64,000 bases of DNA from Penicillus capitatus (lineage: Eukaryota; Plantae; Chlorophyta), in the NCBI GenBank assembly GCA_965649825.1, contig OZ287702.1, forward strand, positions 62,001 through 126,000, in the 5' to 3' direction. A model generated the notes under the pieces. That model ran no database searches. It was not told the origin of the DNA and was given only the letters and a program-made list of their open reading frames with translations. The position numbers were made by a program, and so were the translations under genes. Of the stretch, positions 47,627-60,138 are shown piece after piece. How positions within the stretch are numbered: the first letter of the stretch is position 1; each line of letters opens with the position of its first letter.

Positions 47627-48757
47627 ATGGCTTCAAAATTGAGAGCCGTTGCCCAAGTAAAACGATCTCGCAAGTCGTTTGGGATAGAGAAGAGTTCTTC
47701 ATATGGAGGTGGTTCAAGGAAAGAAAACCCTAGAGGGGGCTGGCGTTCGCGTCTGCCGTACGGTACCTCAAAACTCAGCACAACTGGATTGAGGCTAATG
47801 CCTATGTCTAGCTCGGAACGCCCATGCTGCGCACACTGGATCCCTTCTTACTCTTGGATGAGCTGCGTTTACCGGATGACAAAGCCTCTGCCGGATTTCC
47901 GTCTCATCCACATCGCGGATTTGAGACATGTACGATCATGCTGGAGGGGCGTATGGAGCACAAAGATTCCTGTGGAAATCAAGTGCGATAAGCGTGTGGA
48001 GAACAGAGAAGGTGACAAGAGTGCGTGGTTCTAGGGAGTGATTGGGCCAGGTGGTGTGCAATGGATGACAGCAGGACGCGGAATCGTTCATTCAGAAATG
48101 CCTAAGAAATCGGAGACCGGACGATGTTGGGGATTTCAGTTGTGGATCAATCTCCCGAAGAAAGACAAAATGATCAAACCCAGGCACTTTTCAAAAATCA
48201 CATATCGCCAATGGCATTTTGAGCAGTGGACGATTCGTTGTTAGATATCAGGACTATCAAGCAGAGGATATTCCGAGCTGTAACAAGGACGGTGTCACGA
48301 TTCGAGTGATGGCTGGAACGGCAGATAACATTACAGGTCCCATCAAGCTGCGTCATCCTGGGATTCTAATGGACGTCATCATGCCACCGAGTACCACATT
48401 CAAGCAACCTGTGCGTGCAAATGGCCGCTCTCACTCAAGTCCCGTGCGCTTTTGTGTTAGATTCCCGAAGGCTGGAATGCAATGGCCTACATTGCAGATG
48501 GAGATGGGGTCTTCAGTGGTCAAGCTGTTCGGGCTGAACAAGCAATCGTCTTTGCACAAGGAGATCACGTCGCCGTCGTAGCTTCGGCAACACATGCATT
48601 GCGTTTCTTACTGATTGCAGGACAGCCAATTGGCGAGTCTGTGGTGCAACACGGGCCGTTTGTGATGAACAGCCATGAAGAGATTCAGCAAGCGTACGAG
48701 GATTTTCGAAGCGGAAAACTTCAAAATCCGGATGACAATGTCTGGGATATCAGTTAA
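47627..48757 (+). CDS. PIR: Pirin-family cupin
   Basis: [12 protein letters not shown]...[48 protein letters not shown] and GPFVMN. Confidence 0.95.
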
Positions 48758-51135
48758 CGTCTTTTGAACTTCCTCTTGCCTTTGAAGGCGTGTTTTCCTT
48801 TTCCGCCCCTCTTCATCAGATTCTTCTGCTTCTTGCTTATTTTCTTCTGATCGACACGGCCACTCTTTGCCCCTCCGGCGTAGACACGTGACTTCGCTGC
48901 AGCTTCTTCGCGCGAGGATGTGACAGCTGCTGCTTTTCTAGTTGCTTTGGATTTTCGTTGCAGGTGTGATGGATCCTTGAGGAACCCTTCATACTCTTCA
49001 GGATCCTGCTCTCCTTTCTTCCGCTTGGCAGAGGTCACAGCAGCCAAGACTTTCTGGTTGGCAGATCTCGCGCTCGAACCCTGTTCTTCAAAGAGTCGAT
49101 GGAGCCTCTTAGAATTGCGAGCCATTCCTCGAGCAGCTTTGGCTTCTGTCTTGTTCGGATGTTGCTGCAATACCTGTTCTCCTTTTTTCGTTTTCGGTTT
49201 CTTTTTCGTACGCCTGTCGTCAGAAAGCGCCTCAACTGACATCTCTCCTGCAAGGTGTCCTTCGTCTTCCAATCTTGCTAATTTTTGTGTCTCCTTGCGC
49301 TGCTCTTTTGTTTGAAACCATGTTCTTGGCGGACGGGACAGAATCTCCTTCTCGTGTTCAATGACATTCTTTGCACGATCCACTTCCATCTCTGCACGAG
49401 AGAGCTTTTCTTCTGCCGTCTCTTCGTTCTCTATGAGCTTCAGATGGCGCTGGTGCAGTTGCAATTGACGTGAGAAGTAGTCAATAGCTTCAGAAGGAAT
49501 GATACGATGCGTCAGTTTTTGACGGGTGGCGTTCAATACCTCCCTGAGAAGCGCACGATTTGCATCTGTCACGAAAGTCACTGCCTTCCCTTCAGCGCCA
49601 GCCCTGGCTGTTCTGCCGATTCTGTGAAGATAGGTGTCGATGGATGGGGGTGCATCATAGTTGATCACCACCTCGACCCCTACGATATCCAATCCCCTGC
49701 CAGCGACATCCGTTGCCACCAAGTAAGCAAACTCATGATTTCGGAATTTCTCCAGAGAATCCAACCGGGCAGACTGTGACATGTTGGCATGTAATTCACC
49801 TATCAAACCACACTTCCCGTTTTGCACGAGTGCATACACTCAGAAACCTGTGGATGGCAGCTTCAACATGTCAAAGATCAGTTTGATGCGATGGGCTCGA
49901 CGCTTCGTGGAGCAAAAGATAATGACGCGTCCCTTGGCAAATGTTCTGGCACATAGAGCACAGAGAATCGCCTCCTTCTGTTTCCGCATCTCGTCTCCTT
50001 TTATTCGAACGATTTCCTATTAGAACACCTGCCGGTCTAATGCAAGGACCAGTGGCTCTGTGCCTGAATGAGGTTCTTTGGAACACGCCCGCTTGGATCG
50101 GCTGCAATTCTGACAGGCTTATCCAAACTCAACTGCATCAGTTTCTTAACCTCTTCCGTCATTGTCGCCGAGAACAGCATCGTCTGTCGCTTCTTCGGGA
50201 GATAACGCAAGACCTCTTTGATCTGCGAGCACAACGCATGTCATGGATGCGAGGTGTTTGTGTTTTTCATCGTTTGCACCTCGTTGATGAATCCCATCTT
50301 GAGCAACTTGTCGGCCTCGTCCAGTACAACAGCATGAACGTCATCTAGGTCGAAGGATGGGGAATTTCGTAGATGGTCGATCAACCGGCCTATCGGCAAT
50401 TCTCACACATCTGTAAGCACGAACGAAAGTGATGCACCAGGAGTGGCAACGACGATTTCTGGATGGGCGCTGAGCGTTGCAGCTTGGACCTGCAGCGCAA
50501 ATCCGCCGACGATCAATGCCACTTGGATGTTGGTGAATTTGGCCAGTTCTTTAACAACGTTGTGAATCTGGAGAGCCAACTCTCTGGTGGGTGTCACAAT
50601 CAGTACGTAGGTCGTTGCCACTCTTGCCGGACGATAAAGTAGTCTCTCCAGCAAGGGCAGCGCAAACGCCGCTGTTTTACCAGATCCTAGATCAAGGTTT
50701 GAGTACAAAACAGACTCAAACGTAGAGACCAGTGATGGCACTGCCGCAGATGTCCCTTCCTGAGAGGATTAAAGGAATAGCTGCTGCCTGAATCGGTGTC
50801 GCAGCTGTGTAATGTAAAGCACGGCACGCCTTGAGCAATGGTTTAGACAGATTGAGCATCGCGAATTTCGTTGGATCTCCTGTTTGCTCCACCGGCTTCT
50901 CGAAGAATGCATTCCTTTCCAAAACCTCCGTTTGAAGCCTCCTGCTTATACTAGGATCCTCGACATCGAATCTTCCATTGTTGACGCTGTCCTCCTAAGG
51001 AACAGTTCCACTTTGCTTGTGCAGATCTGGCCGGTTCTATTATTGTACGTGGATTGGCGTTTCCCTTACGGAGCGTTGTTTTTTGCCGATTGCCTTCTCT
51101 GCTAGTTCGAAGGCGAACTCGGAATCGAATTTCAT
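48754..51135 (-). CDS. DDX27: DEAD-box RNA helicase DDX27/DRS1-like
   Basis: LNLSKPLLKAC...TPIQAAAIP, GSGKTAAF, TPTRELA, LDEAD, FSATM, ATDVAGRGLDI and HRIGRTARAG, with a Lys-rich tail. Confidence 0.93.
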
Positions 51136-51217
51136 TTGATCGGTCGGCAATCGGTGCGCGTCCCGTTATACAGACGAAGCGCAGTTGCGGTCGCATTATC
51201 GTGCACTTCCAAAGGCG

Positions 51218-53768
51218 ATGCAGGGCTCTTGTGCAGGCTGGTTGACATTCCTTCAGCCCTTCTTCAATTTCACTGCCAACAAATATGTTTTCATCAAAGA
51301 CTGGAGACTGGTTTGTTGGCGATGCGCCTATCCCATCCTAGCAGCGATGTCTCGACTCCGCGTTTTTACGTTTAGGGCGTGATTCTTCGCATCCTTCAAG
51401 TCGGTATTCTCGTCTATGTGCTGACCGACATTATTCTGAAAGCGTCTTACCTTACGACCGAGGTTGGTGCATCGCCGTACTGGATCCTATTCGCAAAGTT
51501 GACGTCATCAGGTGCCGACAGGATTGGTGACGGTCTGGCCGAATGGACAGACTTTCGAAATGAAGCGACATGAATTCGAGAAGCAAAAAGAGGCGAGGCA
51601 GACATAGGCAGATTCTTGAACTGACTTGACAGATGCATAGGATGTTGAGGAGAAGAAACTGGAGTACTGCACACATCCAGAGAAGTATGCATTCAAGTGG
51701 AGTAATATTAGCCACAATGACTTTGAATGCGCATTTCTCGATTCCCCTTCGCTCTTCGCTGACGGCGAATCTCAGGCAAGGAGCACAGCACGAGATCTTC
51801 GATTAAGGATGTATCTATCTTAGGTGTTTCTGACGACGGCCATTCGAGTCGAGAAAATGCATTACTACACGAAAGGCAATGCTAATGCCTGTGTGAAGGA
51901 AGAGGAGTTAGGGAAAGGTTACGCAAAGATGTTTGAATTCGATGAAGTGTGTGTATATTCCGAAACGAAGGGATATTTTCCCATCAATCCTGAGGCCGTG
52001 AACCTCACTCTTTTGCACAGCTATCGCACGTCGTCAGTCGTGGACAAGAGCGGAACGCTGCCGAAAACATTCATCCGGGCTCCGGGTTACAACGGCAAGG
52101 CGGTTGAAAAGCAGAGTAATTCTGGATGGATGTACTGACGATCATCACCTCTTGATGTCTGAATGATGCTTAGAGGACGAACAGTTGGAGCTGAAACTGA
52201 CGGAACTGCTAAGCACCACCGGCATTGACTTGGACGCCCGCCTCGATGAACAGGTTTGTATACAAGAGTGAAAATACAGATGACGTAGTGTCTGTGATAT
52301 ACCAGGCAAATCCTGCGGCCGTCGATAAATCTCAAGCCCGCAAACTCGAAAATGGTACCTGGCAATATCCCTTCGCTCGGCTCTCCGGCCTGACACTCCA
52401 TGCCAGCTTTAACTACTATACGAGACGGTAGTTCCAGATCTGTGTGGCAATGGACAGGCCTGTGCTTTAGGTTGGCACCGGATTCGTATCATAAGGCGGC
52501 AGGAAAGAACGCAGATGACGTTATTTGCTTGCTGGATATCAAGCCAGAGATGAAGTGGTCGTTCATGGGATCTGATATCCGACAGATGATGAACGAGCCT
52601 CAGGATCCATTGTTTATCACTCCACAGATGATCGACGACCTCAAGGGACAGAACAGAACCGGTCCTCAGCTCATTGCTTCACAAACTGATATCCAACGCC
52701 ACGGACTGACGATCATCTTCTCTGTGAGCGGTTCGTCTAGCGAGCACATTTGCTGTTCCGGAATAGCCCGTTGTCTGTAGGGAGTGTGGGCACCTTTGAT
52801 ATCGCTGCTTTGATCAATGCTCTTGTTGCTGGTTCGGTTCTACTGGCAGTCGCCCAGGTCATCACGACATACGTGGCACTCTACGCATTGGGCATCAGTT
52901 CTGAACTCTACAAAGCTTTTATGCGTGAGAATGTAGACTGGAGACAAGAATATGCGCGCTATGCTGCGCAGGCATGTGTGGCTGGATATGCTTTTATGAA
53001 GTGCGTCCACTTGCATGCAAACGGTCTGTGTTCAGGGTGTAAAGCAGGTATGATGAGAATTGCTCCATGAAGCTGGATAGGAAAGAGATTTTCGATACCT
53101 TAAAGAAATTGTTTAAGAAGAAGAAAGACATGAAAGATTGGCAAATGGCAGCCTTAACGGACTTCCTCATGCGCCAGGGCGAGACAAGCACCGAGGTTGA
53201 TAAAGGACGCTTCCGTGCCAACGCTAAATCTGCCGAAAATTTCATTGACATTGAAGAGTGGATTGACATCTTTACTGAAGACAAGGCTAACTGGCCTGCA
53301 CTCAAGCGTCTGATAGAGCATGAGTATCCCGATGAAGAATCTCAGGAAAGAGTCATGGATTTGCTAGAGCTCTCCGTTTCACGTAAACAAGCGCGAAGAC
53401 TCAGAACTCTAAGCAATTTTGGCGGCATCACGGAGGAGGAACGTGAAGACGAAGAGGGTGAAGAAACAGACGGAACGCCTATGAGTGTTAGAAGACCCTC
53501 AGAGGATATCGAAGCCAATATGCGCACCCCTTTCCTCGATGTCTGCCGTCCGTCTTGTCGAGCATCCCCTAATTCTTGTGTGTCTTGTAGCCGACGATGC
53601 GTTCTCGTTCTGCCGATAGTGGCAAGAGTATGGGCAGAGCGAGCTTGTGATGAAGATGCATGTTTTCGTTTTGTTGAGTTTTTGATGTGTAATCTGACAG
53701 TCAATTGTTATGTGTCAATCGTTCTTGATAGCTGTTTTATAAGGGTTCGTCACTCTGTGACAGTATGA
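51218..53768 (+). CDS. P2X: P2X-receptor-family ion channel with C-terminal EF-hand region (3' end approximate)
   Basis: FFNFTANKYVFIKDWRL/GVILRILQVGILVYV (TM1), GLTIIFSVSG/SVGTFDIAALINALVAGSVLL (TM2), ELYKAF and DENCSMKLDRKE. Confidence 0.85.
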
Positions 53769-54148
53769 CGTCTGTTCTGCTTAACCTATTGGGCTGCAAC
53801 AAAATAAAAGACAGCCCAGCAGTACATCTTCTGTGTATACGGTGGCCATTAAGACTATAGCATTCGATAGCATCGATCACAAAACGCGTCGTACAGTTAC
53901 CGGATGCAACAGAGATCTGAGATATTCGATGGATGCAATGTCGCATTCGTCGAACCTCTATCTCTTCCACATCGCAATCGCAACATCTTGTACTTTTTGT
54001 TATTTGAATGGCAGAGTGTGTGAGAGAGAAGTTTGATGTTGTCGACAGTTTGTGGATGCTTGAACATCGGCCGCGAAGCAATCTTACAATTACCCAGAAA
54101 AAGGCACCTTACACTCCTCTAAAGATTCTTTATAATGTTTCTTAGCTG

Positions 54149-55460
54149 CCAAGATCGCGTTTGAAGCGATGAATCATCCTGATCGATGCGGATTTGTTAT
54201 TCGACTTCTTATGTACGCCCGGAATGTTTTAAAGAAGTCTCTTCACATCGCAAGTGGGCAGAGCAGTTTCTGATATTCTAGGTTTGTTCGTGGATCTCCA
54301 GGGAGCTCCATGACCACAATGCGTTCGTGAGTTCATGCGCATTTGCTTCCTGTCTCGGTTCAATCTCCATTTCTCCGAGAATCTCTGTGTTCGATGCCTC
54401 CGCCTCGTCCAGTTTCGCCCACGGCCATAGCACATCGCCCAGACACTGCGCTGTTAATGTCTTCCTGCGACGACCACTGAAAATCTAGATAGCACAAACA
54501 AACAAGGGGGTGATCTCGCAACTGCAACAGAGCAAAAGAGTAGATGCATTGTGACCGGGCAACGGTCCTGAAGGGATGCATATCTTTCCGCTCGAGTGCT
54601 CGTCTCCGGGCGTCTTCCATGCATGGCTCCGGAAGGACGCGTCCTTATCTCGACTGTCGAGATTCGTCGAGCAGTGCAAGGGAATGCACGATGGAAACAA
54701 CCATGCGCACAGCAAATCGAGCGAGAGTCACAGAACCAGATCGGAACTCTGTGCACAGCAAATCGAGAGAGAGTCACAGAACAGGCAAAATCGTCGCAGA
54801 ACGATGCTCGTCGACGACGCGACGCGATCGCATGGACTCGACGGTTCGACTCCGAAACTTCCGCTTGGATCCGACAGGGTTTGGGGGTGGCGCAAAACGC
54901 CTTCAAAAATTGGATACGTATCCGGAGGTAATTTGGCGCCGCAGATGCGGGGGTGCGAGAGTCCTCATGCCGGCGCAGACTCGATCGCTCGTGAGAGCGA
55001 GAGGGATCGATGCGCTAGCGAAGCCTCGATCGCGGGCGAGAGTCCTCGATGCCGAAGCAGAAGCCTCGATCGCCGCAGCGAGAGTCCTCATGCCGGCGCA
55101 GACTCGATCGCTCGTGAGAGCGAGAGGGCTCGATGCGCCGGCCGAAGCCTCGATCGCTGGCCCCGCGTTGACGAACGAAGTCGTTCGTCAAGCGGCGCAA
55201 AATCTGCTCCACGGCCGGACATTTATGTCGGCGAAGCGAACTTCCGCTTGCGTCCGACAGGGTGTATGTGACTCGTCCGATGTGACAGTCACTTCAGATT
55301 TCGCTGTCCCATCGTCGACGCGACGTTCGCACGCCTGCGCGACCCACGCAGATGACGTCGAACTCGCCGCCGTTCGTTCGGAAAGATGCCGTTCCCGAGA
55401 GCGAAGACGGCGATGACGAACCACTTTTGGCATTGGACATTGAGGAGTCCGACGCCGTAA
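54149..55460. repeat. Segmental duplication, copy 2: OPR-like fragment, minisatellite and SAS10 5' end
   Basis: Matches 14231-15495. It has an extra tandem duplication of about 45 bp near 54710-54780 and an in-frame 3-bp insertion (ATGACGTCGAAC vs ATGACGAAC). Confidence 0.95.
54955..55159. repeat. Second copy of the 41-bp minisatellite
   Basis: Same A-B-C-A-B array, with GCGAGAGTCCTCATGCCGG at 54955 and 55078. Confidence 0.85.
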
Positions 55461-55645
55461 CTGGCCGTGCTGTCTCGTGCAGAAGATATACATTTCTTTC
55501 TGAGTGGTCAACACCCTCAGCCGGAGGCGAAACACGGATACCTAGCTCAGTTTTTGTCTTTAGCGACCATCTGCTCACGCGCAACACAGCTGATGGTAAA
55601 CGGATAACATCCGGAACCCCATATGAAGAATCTTCTGTCTATTAG

Positions 55646-56572
55646 GAGATGTTCGCTGTCGCTTTATGACGTCTGTTTGGGAGCTGCACACAAAGGTGTT
55701 TCGCAGTTATCACCTGTGGTGCGAACACGTGAAGCTTCCGTCGCGTCCACGGTCTCAAAGCGAATGGTTTGACACGGCAGATCCTTTCAGCGACGTGGCA
55801 TGCAATCTGATTGTGTCTGAACTGGCGCTGTCCTATCTTATTTGGACAGAAGCGCACAATCTCAGGCATCTGCCTGAGCTGTTGAACTTCCTTTTTTGGG
55901 TCATGCGATTCAGCCCTGTTTTCGAAGACGCTGCCAATCTTTCTTCATCTGCTCTTGGCAACATCCTAAGTGTTCCATGCAGTCCCGAAAGCGTAAGGGA
56001 TAGCACACAACTCTGTATTCTTCACTTGGATGTTTGCAGCCGGTTGAAGATCTGAGACACGCTCGACGGCAACTCCGTCAATTGTTATCGGCTCAAATTG
56101 CGGATTTGCGGGATGGATGGGTCAGAGAAGATGTCGAACCCACATTGCAGCGCATTTGTCAATCGACGCGAGTGGAGGAGAACGAAGCTCGAATACTGGA
56201 AGAGTTGGTTCTGAATGGAGATGGTGGGGAGTTCCTCGATCTCGTCGTACAACCCATCTTCGATTTCTTGGCCACCGAAGTCATCCTTGACCACCCTTAT
56301 TCTTCAGACAGGAAACAGTCCGTCACTTTAGTTGGACGAAAAGGGCGAGAAGCGATCGATTGAGCCAGTTCATCGTATTAACTACGATGACGTTAACGAG
56401 TCCATGGCAAACAAGAAGCTTGGCATTGAAAAGAGCAAAAGGACAGACATCAACGACGCTTACTGTGCGATCAAAGAGCTCCCATTGGACGAGGTGTGTC
56501 CTAAGATCGTCATTCTTCATCCGCGCCTGACACGCATATGAATGTGATTTAAAACGTTAGCCGCTTGTTCTG
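55646..56572 (+). pseudogene. Orphan callose/1,3-beta-glucan synthase N-terminal (FKS1 domain 1) fragment
   Basis: LHTKVFRSYHLWCEHV, LSYLIWTEAHNLRHLPELLNFLFWVM, FLDLVVQPIFDFL and RINYDDVNE match callose synthase motifs (LYxLIWGEAANLRFMPECL; NYDDLNE). There is no catalytic or TM region, and the next gene starts at 56636. Confidence 0.75.
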
Positions 56573-56635
56573 TGGTCAGCTCGAGGCGCCTGAATTCGCT
56601 AAACCCTCCTTATCCATTTAAAGAGAAACGCGGCC

Positions 56636-59600
56636 ATGCGGCGTGGTCTGTTTGAAGTTCTTTCTTTCGACGGCGATCCGACAAAAGAGAAGAACATAAC
56701 GAATGGCGAAGATCTCAAAGACGAAGGCGAGATCCGTCGGCTCACAGTAGAATGGACCTTTAGATCCGTCCACCACATGAAAACGCTATCACAGATTGAC
56801 GAAGACATTCTCGAGCGCGACAAAGTACTGATGTTTCTCAAAGGAGGACATCCCGCGCAGCAGCTATGGGTGATCGACAAGTCGGAGTCGCGACTCGGCT
56901 GCGCGTCGCCAGACGTTTTCGTGCCTGGTAGGTTGCCACACTTAGTCGCAACGTCGAAGAAGTGCGAATACGAACCGATACTGCGGTCCTTGTATGACCA
57001 GTACAAAGACTTCGACGTCGAACTCAAGGTCGTGCACGCTAAGGAACTGTTCTCTGTGGGAACGGGAGTAGCAGACCATACTCGCTGATGTATTGCTGGA
57101 GATCGTGAGGGAGGATGCAATGACGGCCGCCGAAGTGGCGGTCTGGGTGACGCCGATGGTGCTCGACGTGCTGTCCGACACTCAACGACCAGAGGCACTT
57201 CGTGCAGCAACGACCGATGCCATACGGTCGGATTATGTCGCTGTTAGGATCTGGATGTTTGGTGTGAATGCTTGCGCGAGATCTGGCCGCTTCAGAAAAA
57301 CGACGTGTTGGAAACTGTCTTGTCCATTGCGATGCAGAAAGGAGACGTCGAGGAGTCTATTGAATCGCGCGTCATCAGCGCCAAGTTGCTGAGCTGCTTC
57401 ATGGACGTCCCTGTATACCCATGCGCATAATCGTACAACGATTCACGCGGCCGCAGGTACAAGGCTCTGAACACATGGTCATTCAGCACCTGGCGGCGGC
57501 TCTGTGTCAAGATACCGACTATCAAGTTCGACGAAAGACGACGACGACGACGACGTATTGGATCCTTGTTTTGTAGGTCCGTTCTTGTCTCTGCGAGGCG
57601 TTACCTGGACTGATCAAAGCTCTTAACGATGTCTCGGCTCAAGAGCACTTTCTCTCGGAGCTCTTCGAGCTGCTGGCGGATGAGAAAATCACCGTTCGGG
57701 TGAAAGCCATGAAAGCGCTGACAGCCGCGTTGCCATCTCTGAATATCGATACCCTCAGACGAATCGTCATGCCAGTTATACTGAAATACATGCAACCTCG
57801 GGAGCTAGACGCAAACATGCAGCACTGTTTGGGCGGTCTACTGGGAAGGATTGTCGTCGAGGTGAGTGCCTCTGTAGAAGCGCGTCTTTTCTGATGGCGT
57901 TCAGTTATCGCGGTGCTTTCGGACGGACGTCGACGGCCATCCGTTTTTCTCTTGTTATCGATTTCTCGCATCCAGAAAACAGCACGAACTGCGACTCGAC
58001 TGTGCGAGACAGTTTCCAGCTATGCTGTACGTCGCAGGGCATCTCAAGTATCCGGCCTATTTCCATGACACCTTCGTCCAGCTTGCAACGGACACACACG
58101 AAGACGTTCGCGCCGTCATTGCCGCGCAGATCGCCGAAGTGCTTTCCGTTTTGGCGGACCTCTGCGCACAGGAAAGGCTGTGGGGCGAAATGGTTCTAGG
58201 TGACGAAGATACTCAGCGGTGACGTCGCTGCTCGGTACCTCGTCCGCGTCGTTTCGGATCTTGTCGGCGACAAAGCTCACGCCGTCAAGCAACGCATTCT
58301 GCCGAATCTGCGCAAGATCTTTGAACACATGGAATTCCTCGACCGAAATTCCCTCGCCGAGTCTCTCCTACCGATGATCGACAGTAACGGCCGAGAATTG
58401 ACGAGATGGGCGACCATCGAGCCGCGTCGCAGGTCTCTGCGCGACACCGAAGGCCTCGGGTCTGAACTGGAGACTGCACAAAGAGGCGCTCCACTCGATG
58501 ACACAGTATGGTTCTTGCTTCTCGGTCGCATCCGCTTTTCTCTGTGGACATGCTGATGTCTTTGGTGGAAGGCGATGTCGTCTTCGCCAAGATGTTGCCG
58601 GTTTTCTTCGAGTCCCTGACGAATGGAACCGTCGCCGTCTGTCGAGCAGCTGCCAAGGCCGTATCTGCAACACTGCGAGCAAATCTAAGAGAAAAGCAAA
58701 GGACACATATCTATGTCCGACTCATCCGCGATTTCTGGAACAGCACATCCTGTCGACACCGTATGCGATTCGTCGACGTCGCCACATGTATCTTGGAGGA
58801 CTTCAGCTCGCTATTCTTCAAAGTAAGATGCAGCCCGTGCATCAGCTCAGAGGAAAGCGTCGTGTCTGCAGACGTTCTTTATGGAGTTCTTTCTTGAGGT
58901 TTTCTACGATCCTGTGCCGAATGTCCGATTACACGCCTTGGCATTACTGCCGCGTCTCAAACAGACAATCGAACTTCCACAAGATGTTCAACAACTCGTA
59001 ACAGGCAGTTTCGGATTTTTCATCGCGTATAGCGTTTGTGTCGTAGGAGCGTTTGAACAATGCGATGAGCAATCTCGTGATGGATCGAGATGTCGATGTC
59101 AGCCAACAGGCAAGGAGTGTACATTCGGATTTCAGGCAGCTGCCAATAAGAATGGCAGGCGGAGCAGGTGCGACGAAATCGCGTCTAGGGAGAAAAACTC
59201 AGAACTCCATTGGCGGGGTGGCAGGGATGTTGGATATGAATGGCGCCGCAGGCGGTCTCTCGAAATTCGAAGCTCGAGATTCGCAGAAGTTGAGAGAAGA
59301 GGCAGACATAACGATCAACGCAGATGAGGCAGAAACGTCTGGCGATGCCATCTTCTGTGTGGCTGTTTCCTGCAGTTATTGATCGCGTAGGTTGCGAATC
59401 GAATGCGATGGCAACAACGTGCAGCTGCGTCTACGCAACACTCGCATTTCTGACTCGGCGACAAATTTTGCACTTCCGGATCCAACCTCGTCAAGGATGA
59501 CAAGAACCGCCGACCGACGTTCGCTGATCTCATTAAAGAAAACGGCTTCGGGAGAAGGAAAGGTGAGAAGATGGCAGGCACCATCGTCGATAGACCTTTG

Positions 59601-59872
59601 CGCTACAGGCGCTACAGATGCGTAGAAGGAACACCATAAGTCCGTCTTCGAGAGCAGGTTTTCTGCTAAAGACTTGAACAGTCAATATCGTTTGTTCTTT
59701 TGTAGCGACGACGCCGATGACGACGAGAGGGCGCAAGAGCCATGATGGAACGCTTGGAGCGCTTTCCTCGGTAAAGCCCAGGCAGTCTGTGACGCCACAC
59801 GGCAAGAACGCATCGTCCTCATCAACGCATTCAGCTCTCGCCGCGTACTTATCGAAAAACAGACGAAGCTAG
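56636..59872 (+). CDS. PPP4R4: HEAT-repeat protein phosphatase 4 regulatory subunit 4 (CFAP14)-like (3' end approximate)
   Basis: LKDEGEIRRLTV/DEDILERDKVLMFL resembles LKTPEEIERLTVDEDLSDIERAVYLL. It also has ESRVISAKLL, ELLADEKITVRVKAM, TFVQLATDTHEDVRAVIA and YDPVPNVRLHALALLPRLKQ. Confidence 0.8.
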
Positions 59873-60138
59873 ACCGTCTACCAGTCTCGCAGATTTGCGC
59901 CCGAGGGGGAATTCTACCTAGATGGTGACATAGCGAAACGTTCGTTAACGAATCCAGCTAAGTCGGTTCTGCGTTGCTCTGAGTCCCGAGAGCTCAAAAG
60001 GCCGAAATCCAAATCATGGAGACACACCAGGTAGACCGTTCCTAACGGACGAAGATGCATGCGACGTTACGTCGCCTCCGTAAGGGCGATTGATACAAAG
60101 GCCGTCCTCTCACTTGCCTCGTCGATATATGCGTCGCC

